DNA from: Gammaproteobacteria bacterium
GTDB lineage: Bacteria > Pseudomonadota > Gammaproteobacteria > SZUA-229
Length of the DNA: 55,744 nucleotides
Direction: 5' to 3'
Assembly (NCBI GenBank): GCA_029881275.1
Contig: JAOUMX010000003.1
Span: 1-55,744, forward strand
In this document: piece after piece, positions 1 to 9,600 of the stretch
How the letters are laid out: the number at the start of each line of letters is the position of its first letter
Numbering within the stretch: the first letter of the stretch is position 1
Position numbers and translations under genes: made by a program
Notes under the pieces: generated by a model
The model's database searches: none
What the model was told of the DNA's origin: nothing
The model's input: the letters and a program-made list of their open reading frames with translations, nothing else

Positions 1-510
1 CCAGTCCTTCGAGATCATGATTAAGGATATTTGCAAAAACATTTTTTGCAACATTAATTTCATGATCAATACGAGCGGCATGTTTATTAAGCTCAATATT
101 TTGTTTTTCAATTTTTTTATATAAAACACCAATACGTAACATTGATTCTATTTTTGATCTCAGAATCACATGATTGTATGGCTTTGTTAGAAAATCATCA
201 CCGCCTGCCTCAATACACTTGGCAAGTGATGCTTCATCTGCCAATGCGGTAAGAAAGATGAGAGGAATAAATGTCTTTGAATTTGATTTAATTTGCCTGG
301 CTGATTCATAACCATTCATCACAGGCATCATGACATCCATAAGAACAATGTCGATATGATTATTCAAACAGGCATCAACAGCTTGCTGCCCATTTTCTGC
401 TTCAATAGATGTGTAACCCGTTTCCTTAATCAATGTCCTCAATATAAGACGATTAGTAATATCATCATCAACTATGAGCACCGTTATCTGGTTATTCACC
501 AATATCACCC
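1..510 (-). CDS. Response regulator, N-terminal receiver domain. The output domain is truncated by the window edge and may be RsbU/PP2C-type.
   Basis: The minus-strand frame runs off the left edge. Translation from ~510 reads VLIVDDDITNRLILRTLIKETGY..DIVLMDVMMPVMNGYE..LTALADE..DDFLTKP, a CheY-like receiver. The following HEINVAKNVFANIL begins a second domain. The start codon is unresolved (GTG 510, TTG 504 or GTG 501). The phosphatase guess rests only on the adjacent STAS gene. Confidence 0.75.
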
Positions 511-516
511 AGAGTT

Positions 517-822
517 TTAATTTATTACAAACAGCTTATCAAAACTTGCTATCTTCAAAATCTCCAGCACCTCATCATTAACATTCGTTATTCTAACTTT
601 TGAACCTGTACCCTCAGCAAATTCCTTCAAAAGCAACATCATGCCCAGCGCCGAACTATCCAGATACTCAGTATTCGTAAGATCAACTATATACTCACCA
701 CCATTGAGACCAAGATCTTTATAGGCTTTTCTAAAATCATTATGAATACTGAAATCAAATCGCCCAGAGACCTTTAATATAGCCGTGTTGTTATCACCAG
801 AAACTGTCGTTGTTACAGGCAT
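517..822 (-). CDS. STAS-domain anti-sigma-factor antagonist (SpoIIAA/RsbV-like)
   Basis: The protein is 101 aa. LKVSGRFDFSIHNDFRKAY..VDLTNTEYLDSSALGMMLLL..KVRITNVNDEVLEILKIASFDKLF is the typical single-domain STAS pattern. Confidence 0.8.
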   Translation of the reverse strand: MPVTTTVSGDNNTAILKVSGRFDFSIHNDFRKAYKDLGLNGGEYIVDLTNTEYLDSSALGMMLLLKEFAEGTGSKVRITNVNDEVLEILKIASFDKLFVIN

Positions 823-843
823 AGCAATAATCCTATTATTAAT

Positions 844-2043
844 TTAAAACAATTCAATTTCACCTTCATCCATATCAATCTGTGAACTTGTTTTGGAATG
901 CATGGATTTGGCTTCAGTTGTAATATTTTTCAGTTCAGAATTAAAATCGGCAAGGCTTTTAACCAAAAAAGCAGTATCATAATCGGCCACTGAGCGAAGA
1001 TTACTACCGGTACGCTCAACCAGATCTTTTACCAGTAACATGTGACCATCAATATGCTCACACAATTGCCTTGCTATATCTTCAAACTGAAGTGACTGAA
1101 CACCTTTAGCCACGCTCATCTCAACTTCTTTTGTTATAGTACCAATTTGCGAGAGTTTGATATCCATAAACTCATTTTGCTCATCAAGCAAAGTCAACAT
1201 ATCATCAACTCTTTTTTTATGCTGCATGGCAACACTCATATCCCTAGAAGCAATTTCGCCGACTAATTCCTTGGCTTTACTAATATTAATTTTCGATTGA
1301 TCTACAACACTACGTATTTTGTCGTTTAGCTTATTGGAACTTTGGGATAACTGACGCACTTCACTGGCTACTACAGCAAAACCACGACCTGCATCACCCG
1401 CTCGCGCAGCCTCGATTGCCGCATTCAATGCCAGTAAATTAGTCTGATTGGCAATATTACTAATATCTGTCAACAAACCATTCACGTTATCCATTTGTGT
1501 CTCAATGTCATCTACTGTATAGACCATCGTCATGCCGCCACGGCTGACTTCAGTAACAATATTAATAAAATAATCAAGAATACTTCTGGTCTCATCTATA
1601 AAGCCAGACTTCGACGTAACACTCTGTTCAACTTCATCACTTTGAGGCTTTGCATTTAGTTTACGTATAAGCTCCTGAACATGCCGTTCCTGCTCAGAGG
1701 ATAAATGAGCCATGGAAGTAAAACTGCCTGACAACAACTGCACCGCATCCAGAATAATCTCTTTAAGTCTTTCAATATTCCGAATGACATCTTCAATTTC
1801 CATGGCCAGACCGCCATAGTGGTTTTCTGATTCCTTATAAATCATCTGTAAATCAGCCGTTTTTAATTCCTCTACACTATCGAGGTTATCTTTGCTAGAT
1901 TTACGTCCTACAATGAAATAATTGATTGGCCATATAAAAGATATGATCAGAATTTCTCCCAGACCAAATTCACCTGCACCTGACATCAAACCATAGATAA
2001 TAACAGCAAAATTAATACTGATTGCCAGAATGAATTTTTTCAT
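844..2043 (-). CDS. Small methyl-accepting chemotaxis protein with a two-TM hairpin and no real periplasmic domain
   Basis: The hairpin-tip motif [34 protein letters not shown] is highly conserved. The N-terminus has two hydrophobic helices. The C-terminus ends in GEIELF. Confidence 0.9.
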   Translation of the reverse strand: MKKFILAISINFAVIIYGLMSGAGEFGLGEILIISFIWPINYFIVGRKSSKDNLDSVEELKTADLQMIYKESENHYGGLAMEIEDVIRNIERLKEIILDAVQLLSGSFTSMAHLSSEQERHVQELIRKLNAKPQSDEVEQSVTSKSGFIDETRSILDYFINIVTEVSRGGMTMVYTVDDIETQMDNVNGLLTDISNIANQTNLLALNAAIEAARAGDAGRGFAVVASEVRQLSQSSNKLNDKIRSVVDQSKINISKAKELVGEIASRDMSVAMQHKKRVDDMLTLLDEQNEFMDIKLSQIGTITKEVEMSVAKGVQSLQFEDIARQLCEHIDGHMLLVKDLVERTGSNLRSVADYDTAFLVKSLADFNSELKNITTEAKSMHSKTSSQIDMDEGEIELF

Positions 2044-2068
2044 TATCTAAAACACCATTCCCATTTTT

Positions 2069-3163
2069 TCATTCTGAAGACCGCTGACAATACTTAATAA
2101 TTTCATCAGCCACTTTATTTAATGGCACAACTTTTTCAACCGCATCTAGTTTCACTGCTGCTCCCGGCATACCCCAGACAACACTTGTTTTTTCATCCTG
2201 CGCAACATTAAATGAACCTTTACGTCTCATTTCCAGCATCCCTTTTGCACCATCAGCACCCATACCGGTCAGCATTATACCCATAGCATTAGGACCCGCA
2301 CATTCTGCCACCGAATTAAACAGTACTTCTACACTGGGCTTATGACGATTCACTTCCGGTCCATCTTCCAGCTTGCAATAATACTTGGCCCCGCTTTTTT
2401 TAATAATCAGGTGCTTGTCGCCGGGTGCAATATAAACTCTACCGGGCATAATTAAATCACCTGTTTTCGCCTGTGTCACGGTTAACTGGGTACAGTCATT
2501 TAAACGCTGCGCAAAAGGCCCACTAAAAGTAATGGGGATATGTTGTGCAACTACTATACCCGCTACATTGGGTGGCAACGCCTGCAGAACCTGTTTTACT
2601 GCCTCAGTACCTCCTGTTGAAGAACCAATGGCAATAATTTTATCCGTTGTATTCAGGAACTTATTATCTGATTGTAGTTCAGAAATTGCATGTGCGGTGG
2701 CCTGCTGGTCGGACTTGGCTCGCTCTGATGCCATTTCATATTTTCTGGCCAGAAAATCTCTGGTTACCAGAGATGCCATTTTTACTTTTTCAATAATTTC
2801 TTCACTGTATTCTTTAATAGCAACATTGACGTCCATTTTCGGTTTGGATACAAAATCAACCGCACCGAGCTCAAGCGCCTGCAAAGTTACGCCTGCACCT
2901 GCATCAGTCAATGTTGAAATCATCACCACCGGCATAGGTCTTAAGCGCATGAGATTTTTAAGAAAAGTAATGCCATCCATTTTTGGCATTTCAACATCAA
3001 GGGTAACTACATCAGGCGATAAAAGTTTAATTTTATCCCTGGCGATTAAAGGATCATTTGCCGTACCCACCACTTCAATATCAGGATCCGATGATAATAT
3101 CTCCTTTAAAACCTTTCGGATTAGCGCCGAGTCATCAACAATTAGTACTCGAATTTTACTCAT
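2069..3163 (-). CDS. cheB: Chemotaxis response regulator protein-glutamate methylesterase CheB
   Basis: An N-terminal receiver (RVLIVDDSALIRKVL..DVVTLDVEMPKMDGI) is followed by a methylesterase domain (IIAIGSSTGGTEA..MTGMGADGA..VVWGMPG). Confidence 0.95.
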   Translation of the reverse strand: MSKIRVLIVDDSALIRKVLKEILSSDPDIEVVGTANDPLIARDKIKLLSPDVVTLDVEMPKMDGITFLKNLMRLRPMPVVMISTLTDAGAGVTLQALELGAVDFVSKPKMDVNVAIKEYSEEIIEKVKMASLVTRDFLARKYEMASERAKSDQQATAHAISELQSDNKFLNTTDKIIAIGSSTGGTEAVKQVLQALPPNVAGIVVAQHIPITFSGPFAQRLNDCTQLTVTQAKTGDLIMPGRVYIAPGDKHLIIKKSGAKYYCKLEDGPEVNRHKPSVEVLFNSVAECAGPNAMGIMLTGMGADGAKGMLEMRRKGSFNVAQDEKTSVVWGMPGAAVKLDAVEKVVPLNKVADEIIKYCQRSSE

Positions 3164-3199
3164 AAAATCTGACTCGAATCATTAAATCTATTTCTGTTA

Positions 3200-3832
3200 T
3201 TAAAACAATTCTATTTCGCCTGCTACTGGTTCAACTTTCAGCTGATCCAGATACTGCACTTCACGTTTAACAATTGTATCATTGTGAAGACGTTTCAGCT
3301 TCTTCATTTTGACCTTACCCGTTTTTGGAAAATAGTTAACTTTTCGAGGGTAAATATCACCAAGATCCTGAGCTGCAATATAAAAACCTTCTGTTGACAT
3401 ATACTCAAGCACAAAATCAATATTCTTCTGACCCACATCCATACCAATAGCCATTACCTTACCGCCACCAAATAACTTGAATTCCATATTTTTTCTTTGC
3501 CCGCCATTATGCATGATGTCATTAATTAAGTGTTCCATAGCAAAGTTGCCATAACGGGCCGCATCACTGATAGACGTTACATCAATACTTCCACGATTGA
3601 CGGGTAACATAAAATGATTCATGCCACCAATACCCAGTTTCGTATCTCTGATACAGGCGGAAACACAGGAGCCAAGTACCGTGGTAACACATTCATCATT
3701 CATGGTTACATAATATTCACCGGGCAAAATCTTTGCAGCATAACAATCCTGGGTTTTATCCCAGTATCGTTTTATATGCTCATACCCTTTTAGGACAGGC
3801 GGCATTGGGGGGGGGGTATAATTGCTATACAT
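3200..3832 (-). CDS. cheD: Chemoreceptor glutamine deamidase CheD
   Basis: AAKILPGEYYVT..TVLGSCVSACIRD..GGMNHFMLP..KLFGGG is the CheD family signature. The start could instead be Met10, downstream of the C10 tract. The C-terminus ends in GEIELF. Confidence 0.9.
   Translation of the reverse strand: MYSNYTPPPMPPVLKGYEHIKRYWDKTQDCYAAKILPGEYYVTMNDECVTTVLGSCVSACIRDTKLGIGGMNHFMLPVNRGSIDVTSISDAARYGNFAMEHLINDIMHNGGQRKNMEFKLFGGGKVMAIGMDVGQKNIDFVLEYMSTEGFYIAAQDLGDIYPRKVNYFPKTGKVKMKKLKRLHNDTIVKREVQYLDQLKVEPVAGEIELF
3807..3816 (-). repeat. Homopolymeric tract: G10 on the plus strand, C10 on the cheD coding strand
   Basis: Counted directly: ..ggcattGGGGGGGGGGtata.. It encodes T-P-P-P at cheD codons 6-9. 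This is the longest G/C run I saw in the window. Confidence 0.95.
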
Positions 3833-3834
3833 AA

Positions 3835-4686
3835 TTACTTTATCTTTTTATAAACAGTTTTACCGATAGTTACAAAACGATCACTCATACCCTGTATGGA
3901 CTCAGAATGGCCTAATATCATATAGCCACCCTCCACGAGCTGATCCGCGTACCTGTTTAACAATTTAATTTTGGTTGGCTTATCGAAATAAATCACCACG
4001 TTTCGACAAAAAATAAGATGGAATTTGGTTTTAATCGGCCATTCATGCATTAAATTCACCTGCTTGAATTCAATGATATTCTGCAATTCAGGAGACACCC
4101 TGACATTACCATGATTACTGCCTTTGCCTCTAAAAAACCAGCGCCGTTTGACACTGGTTTCCAGACCCTCTACTCGTGATATCTCATAAATACCCCGTGA
4201 CGCCTTGGATAACACCGTAGTATCAATGTCAGTCGCCAGTATCGATGCCCTGGGTGCATTTTTCACACCATCAAGTCCTTCTAGCAAGGTTATAGCCATA
4301 GTGTACGGCTCTTCACCTGTCGAACAACCGGCTGACCATACCTTGATACCCTGCATAACATCATTGCGTGTACAAAGATCTGGAATAATCGTCGACTTCA
4401 TCATATCGAAATGATGTGGCTCTCTAAAAAATGACGTCAAATTCGTGGTAATAGAATCTATAAAAGGCGTAAATTCTGTTGCCATATTGGCATCCAGATA
4501 CTTTACATATTCTGCAAAACTGGCAAGACGTAACGACCGTATTCGCTTAACCAGACGTGCGTAATACATATCGTATTTATCATCCGTTACAATAATCCCG
4601 GTATGATCATTCGCTATTTTTCTTAGCTTGTTAAAATCCCGCTCTGTGAATTCATATTCCCGGGTAGTGTTTATTTTGACGGCCAT
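3835..4686 (-). CDS. cheR: Chemotaxis protein methyltransferase CheR (copy in the Che2-like operon)
   Basis: FTERDFNKLRKIANDHTGI..TNLTSFFREPHHF..VWSAGCSTGEEPYT..IFCRNVVIYFD are CheR SAM-methyltransferase motifs. Confidence 0.95.
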   Translation of the reverse strand: MAVKINTTREYEFTERDFNKLRKIANDHTGIIVTDDKYDMYYARLVKRIRSLRLASFAEYVKYLDANMATEFTPFIDSITTNLTSFFREPHHFDMMKSTIIPDLCTRNDVMQGIKVWSAGCSTGEEPYTMAITLLEGLDGVKNAPRASILATDIDTTVLSKASRGIYEISRVEGLETSVKRRWFFRGKGSNHGNVRVSPELQNIIEFKQVNLMHEWPIKTKFHLIFCRNVVIYFDKPTKIKLLNRYADQLVEGGYMILGHSESIQGMSDRFVTIGKTVYKKIK

Positions 4687-4695
4687 GTAATTCGC

Positions 4696-5280
4696 CTAAA
4701 GAGCAAGAAATTCTGTTACATTAAGCAATTTAGCTGAATCATTAATTTTAGATGATTTAGCATGCCAGCTAATTGCCTTTCCCTGTGCTCTGGCTTCTTT
4801 AATTAGAGACATCAATAACTGCAATGCAGAAGCATCAACAGTCTCGACAAGTGACGCGTCAATTTTTATGTCATCTTCTGATACAAGCATTTTACTTATT
4901 TCATCATAAACAACTTCAGCCTGAGCAATGCCAAATACATCGGGTAAATGCAACATGGACTTATCCTTTTCATCATTAAAATCAGCAATTTCTTCATCAC
5001 GGACTATTTCGACTTCGGCCTGCACATCAGACTCGTGTTGAGGTTCCTCACTCACAGATTCAACAACATCATGAACGATCACTTCTACTACAGGTTGAGT
5101 CACAACTTCTGGCTCAACAACAATATTTGAATTACTGACCACATCATCATTACCTGAAATCCAGGCCAAAGGATCATGACCTAATTTAGATTCCAGATGC
5201 AAATTATCAAAACTTTTCCTGTTTGCAGTTTTTTTAGTAGCTGTTTTTTTCTTTGCTGCCTTCTTTTTTACAACTGCCAT
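4696..5280 (-). CDS. STAS-domain protein with a lysine-rich N-terminal tail and an acidic linker
   Basis: The N-terminus is MAVVKKKAAKKKTATKKTANRK, followed by a DPLAWI motif and an acidic E/D/V-rich linker. The C-terminal STAS-like domain reads IKIDASLVETVDASALQLLMSLIKEARAQGKAISW. The start ATG overlaps the parA stop (TAATG). Confidence 0.7.
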   Translation of the reverse strand: MAVVKKKAAKKKTATKKTANRKSFDNLHLESKLGHDPLAWISGNDDVVSNSNIVVEPEVVTQPVVEVIVHDVVESVSEEPQHESDVQAEVEIVRDEEIADFNDEKDKSMLHLPDVFGIAQAEVVYDEISKMLVSEDDIKIDASLVETVDASALQLLMSLIKEARAQGKAISWHAKSSKINDSAKLLNVTEFLAL

Positions 5281-6044
5281 TAATATGTTCTCCCAATAAT
5301 CAAATCATCAACCAGTGATTCAAACTCTTTGGCCGAACGACTAGATGGCTTGTACTCAAAAATCGTCTTGCCAAAACTGGGGCTTTCAGCAAGTAAAACA
5401 GATTCTGATATTTCAGTCAGCAACATACTGTTAGCAAAATACTGCTTTAACTTTTCTTTTACCTCCTGAGCAAGCCTTCTGCGTGCCTGATAACGCCCGA
5501 GCACAATCCACTGTTTATAAGTATTACCCAATGCTTTTTCAAAATTCTTCAAGGTTGCCATCAAGTGAGACAAACCCTGCAAGGCAAGATAGTCACCGGT
5601 CATGGGTATAACGACTTCATTGACCGCAAATAACGCATTTACAACCAGCAGACCTGATGAGGGTGGACAATCAATTAAAATAAAATCGTATTTTCCTTTA
5701 ATTGTTTCCAGTGTATTTTTAAGCAACTTACCTCTAGCCACACCACCTTCTGTCTTTTCTTCAACTTCGGTCAGACCATATCCTGCGGGTACCAGTTTTA
5801 GATTTTCTCTTACCGGATAGGTTACGCTTACCAATGGCGTACCATTTAACATTGCTTTTTCAAGGCCCTCTATGTCACGTTTTATCAGACCCAGACTAGA
5901 GGTTAGCTGTCCCTGAGGATCAAGATCAATCGCCAGTACATCGTAACCTTTTCTGGCAAGGCCATGAACCAGATTTAAAGTTGTCGTCGTTTTACCAACA
6001 CCACCCTTCTGATTTAGAACTGCAATTACTCTGGTCTGTTTCAT
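5280..6044 (-). CDS. ParA/MinD-family P-loop ATPase associated with the chemosensory cluster
   Basis: It has the deviant Walker A motif VLNQKGGVGKTTTTLNL, plus DLDPQG and ILIDCPPS. At 254 aa it matches the size of the ParA/Soj family. Confidence 0.9.
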   Translation of the reverse strand: MKQTRVIAVLNQKGGVGKTTTTLNLVHGLARKGYDVLAIDLDPQGQLTSSLGLIKRDIEGLEKAMLNGTPLVSVTYPVRENLKLVPAGYGLTEVEEKTEGGVARGKLLKNTLETIKGKYDFILIDCPPSSGLLVVNALFAVNEVVIPMTGDYLALQGLSHLMATLKNFEKALGNTYKQWIVLGRYQARRRLAQEVKEKLKQYFANSMLLTEISESVLLAESPSFGKTIFEYKPSSRSAKEFESLVDDLIIGRTY

Positions 6045-6071
6045 TTAAATCGTTCAATTATTGGTCATCAG

Positions 6072-6572
6072 TTATGATGAAATGCTTTCTAAGGCTGCAA
6101 GCTCATCCTGATCAAGAAGCTTATCTGTTTCCAGCAATACCACCATACGATTATCAACCATAACCATACCATTCATGTATCTGGTATTTATCTTGCCGCC
6201 AAAATTAGGTGCTGCCTTGATGTTTTTCCGTTCAATATTCAAAACATCCGATACTGCGTCTACTACCACGCCCATGACGTGACTACTACCGTCTTTTTCT
6301 ACGGATAGAACAATAATAACGGTTGTTGGCGTGTACTCGACTTTCTTAAGATTAAATCTGATTCTCAAATCGACGATGGGGACAACGGTATTTCTTAAAT
6401 TAAGGACACCTTTTATATAATCAGGCGTATTGGGAATATCACGCACCTCTTCCCAGCCCCTGATTTCCTGAACGCGAAGAATATTGACACCATAGTCTTC
6501 ATCACCCAGTGTGAAACTGAGAAATTGTGGCTGATCTTCGTCACGATTGATTGAATCGTCTTTTGCATTCAT
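6072..6572 (-). CDS. cheW: Chemotaxis coupling protein CheW
   Basis: FLSFTLGDEDYGVNILRVQEIRGWE..IKGVLNLRNTVVPIVDLR is a single CheW-like domain. Confidence 0.9.
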   Translation of the reverse strand: MNAKDDSINRDEDQPQFLSFTLGDEDYGVNILRVQEIRGWEEVRDIPNTPDYIKGVLNLRNTVVPIVDLRIRFNLKKVEYTPTTVIIVLSVEKDGSSHVMGVVVDAVSDVLNIERKNIKAAPNFGGKINTRYMNGMVMVDNRMVVLLETDKLLDQDELAALESISS

Positions 6573-6671
6573 GATCTTTATAAATGCCCTTTAAAAATTT
6601 TCTGGTTGTTTATTCAAGGATAACGGGCTTTACTGGTGTAAAGCCCGTTATTCATAGCTGCTTAACTTACT

Positions 6672-9600
6672 CTAAAACTCTTCCCACTCGTCATCATCAA
6701 CTGGTGCCTGTGGTGCGGCTTTACGTGTGGTTTTCTGAGTGGGTTTTGAAGCTGCTTTCTGTACAGGAGCAGATCGTTGCGCAGGCGCACGCTGAACCTC
6801 AGGTGAATAAGAGACAGCCGCAGTCGATGCATCTACTCTAAAGAAGGATACCAGATTATTCATCTCGGTAGCTTTATGCAGAGATGATTCACTGGAGGCA
6901 GATGCTTCTTCCGCCAAGGCTGCATTTTGCTGAGTAATCTCATCCATCTGAGTTACTGCTTTATTCACCTGCTCAATACCGGCGGACTGTTCCTGTGAAG
7001 CTGCAGCAATTTCTGAAATAATATCGCCAACTTTCTTAACACTATCAACAATTTCATTCAGCGTTACACCGGACTCATTCACCAGCTTACCACCAGCTTC
7101 TACTTTTTCACCACTATCAGAAATGAGATCTTTGATTTCTTTTGCAGCTGTAGCACTTCGTTGAGCCAGATTACGAACTTCTGTTGCCACCACTGCAAAA
7201 CCACGCCCCTGTTCACCGGCACGCGCAGCTTCAACCGATGCATTCAGGGCCAGCAGATTTGTCTGGAAAGCAATCTCATCTATCACACCGATAATTTCTG
7301 CAATCTTGTTACTTGAAGCGGTAATTTCATTCATTGCTTCAACCGCCTGTTTAACCACATTACCACCTTTTTCTGCCAGGTCTCTGGCACCAGATGCCAA
7401 CTGGTTAGCCTGTACTGCATTATCGGCATTATTTTTTACCGTACTGGTCAGCTCTTCCATACTGGATGCAGTTTCTTCGAGTGTAGATGCCTGTTCTTCA
7501 GCCCGTTGTGACAAATTATTATTACCGGCTGAAATTTCCTCACTGGAGTTACGAATAAATTCACTGGACTCACGAATCTTACCAACCACTTCCTGCAATT
7601 TAGCAATGGTCGCATTGATACTGTCTTTCACTACACCATAGGTACCCGTGTAATCTTTGGTAATGCTATTCGTTAAATCACCTTTTGACATTGATTCCAT
7701 AACAAAGGCGACGTCTTCAAAACTTTCAGCAACAGTTTCAATTAATTTATTGATACCTTCTGCCAGCTGTTTGAAGAAACCTTCTTTTCCTTCCATTGAA
7801 ATACGTTGATCCAGATCACCATCACGGGCTGCCTGCACAATGCTTTCCACTTCTTTTTCAACCGCCACTTCAGCAGTACGATCAACCCATTCAACAGCAG
7901 TACCCAGACGCTCGCCCTTTTCATTAACCACAGGATTAGCAGCAAGATCAAATGTTCTACCACCAATAACCAGACGTGTTTCATAAGATGTTTTCAGAGA
8001 AGCAATTAATTGCCTCTGATGTTCAGGTTTCTTATGGAAGGAATCAAAATTAGCACCTACCAGTTTATCGGCATCAAAGTTGGGTAAGTCAGTACGAATT
8101 TCAGCCTCAGCATTTTTCATCATGCCCAGAACTGCTTTATTCATATAAATAATATCACCACGATTATCTGCCATCATGACACAGCTATTCACATTATCCA
8201 GTGCCACCTTGATACGCGCCATGTCATTACCGCGTTGACGGGTATCATTGACATCAAAGCCCATCTTGATCTGCATGACTTTAAGGGCACGCATCAGATC
8301 GCCAATTTCATCTATGCGTTTAATATTAATATTACGTGCGAAGTTACCATTAGACAGATACTCAAACTCGGTCATGGTAATACCCAGTGCACGCAATAAA
8401 TCTCGGGTCACATACCAGCTTATAAATACAGCGATCAGAAGACCCAGCAAGGCAACAACTGCTGCCTGAATCTCGGCTGCGCGTAGTACACCAATTCGTT
8501 CATGCAGTAATTCTTCCAGCAAAGGCGACACTTCATCATATAAGGCAAATGATGCTTCAATACTTTTTGTACCCTTATTAAAAAAGTCAGTTCCATCCAG
8601 TTCTGCAAACTCCTTTCTGAACAACTTTTGCATGTCTTCATCAAATACCCCAAGCGCAGTTTCTACTTTCTCGGCAACACCGGCAAGACGCCTTTCAATT
8701 GTTTTATTAGCGGCTATCGCCCCGGCCATTGATTTATTAACGCCTTCCTCGTTGATATGCGAAAAGACTTCCAGTTTATTTAACCGGTTTTCCTGGCCGT
8801 CTGCAAAACCAGCATTGTTAATAATACTTGCACCGAGACCACGTAATTGACCTGTTTTTTCAGTCAACACCGGTATGCGGTTAACCAGTATATCCATAAG
8901 ATAAAAGGTATCCAGTTCAGGATCAAGAATCAAATTTGACTGATCGGCCACATACGCAATAAAGGCAATCAGTTTTTCAAGCAGATCTGTATGACGCTTG
9001 AAACTTTCTTGCACAGTCAAATCAAAGGTTTCCGATTTAAGCGAATCCCAGTCGTTAATAATTGTTTTTAATTTATCTTCTGTATGAAATTCTTCAGCAA
9101 ACTCCTGATTATATTCCCTTAGATCATTCAAATGTTCATCAACGATTGCACGCTGGGCAATTACTTTAGATTTAAACTCTTTCTGTCCTGATAAATAAGC
9201 ATTAGCCATACCACGGTGTTTTGGCATATGTTCCATGACATCGCGTACATGATGCAGGTACTGAACACCCTGAATCTCTTTCTTCGCAAAACGAATGCCT
9301 TCCTCTTCCATGCTTATGACCGTACCCACCAGGGCAGCAGCCACGAGGAAAAACACCAGACCCGCCATTGACAATTTCTGCCAGACTTTCATTTTCTTAA
9401 ATACATTTAAGCGTTGTACAAAAGACGGCTTCAAACTGGCTTTACCTGCATTCATCTGACCATAGAGCATTTCTGCCTGAGACACCTGCTCACGGGTCGG
9501 CGGTGTACGCACTGACATATACTCTTCAACCTTGCCATTTTTCATCATCGGCGTAACATTCGCCTGAACCCAGTAGTAATCACCACTCTTGGTACGATTT

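Noticed and set aside
2532-3185. A 217-aa plus-strand ORF
   Set aside because: It lies entirely antisense to cheB, whose translation carries unambiguous family motifs. The antisense product is low-complexity (S/T/A/I-rich) with no recognisable motif or ribosome-binding site. The same reasoning applies to the other nested or antisense ORFs in the track, for example 7306-7641, 11918-12268, 15147-15494, 17071-17511, 20605-20949, 29681-29944, 31286-31555, 46294-46698 and 54609-54944.
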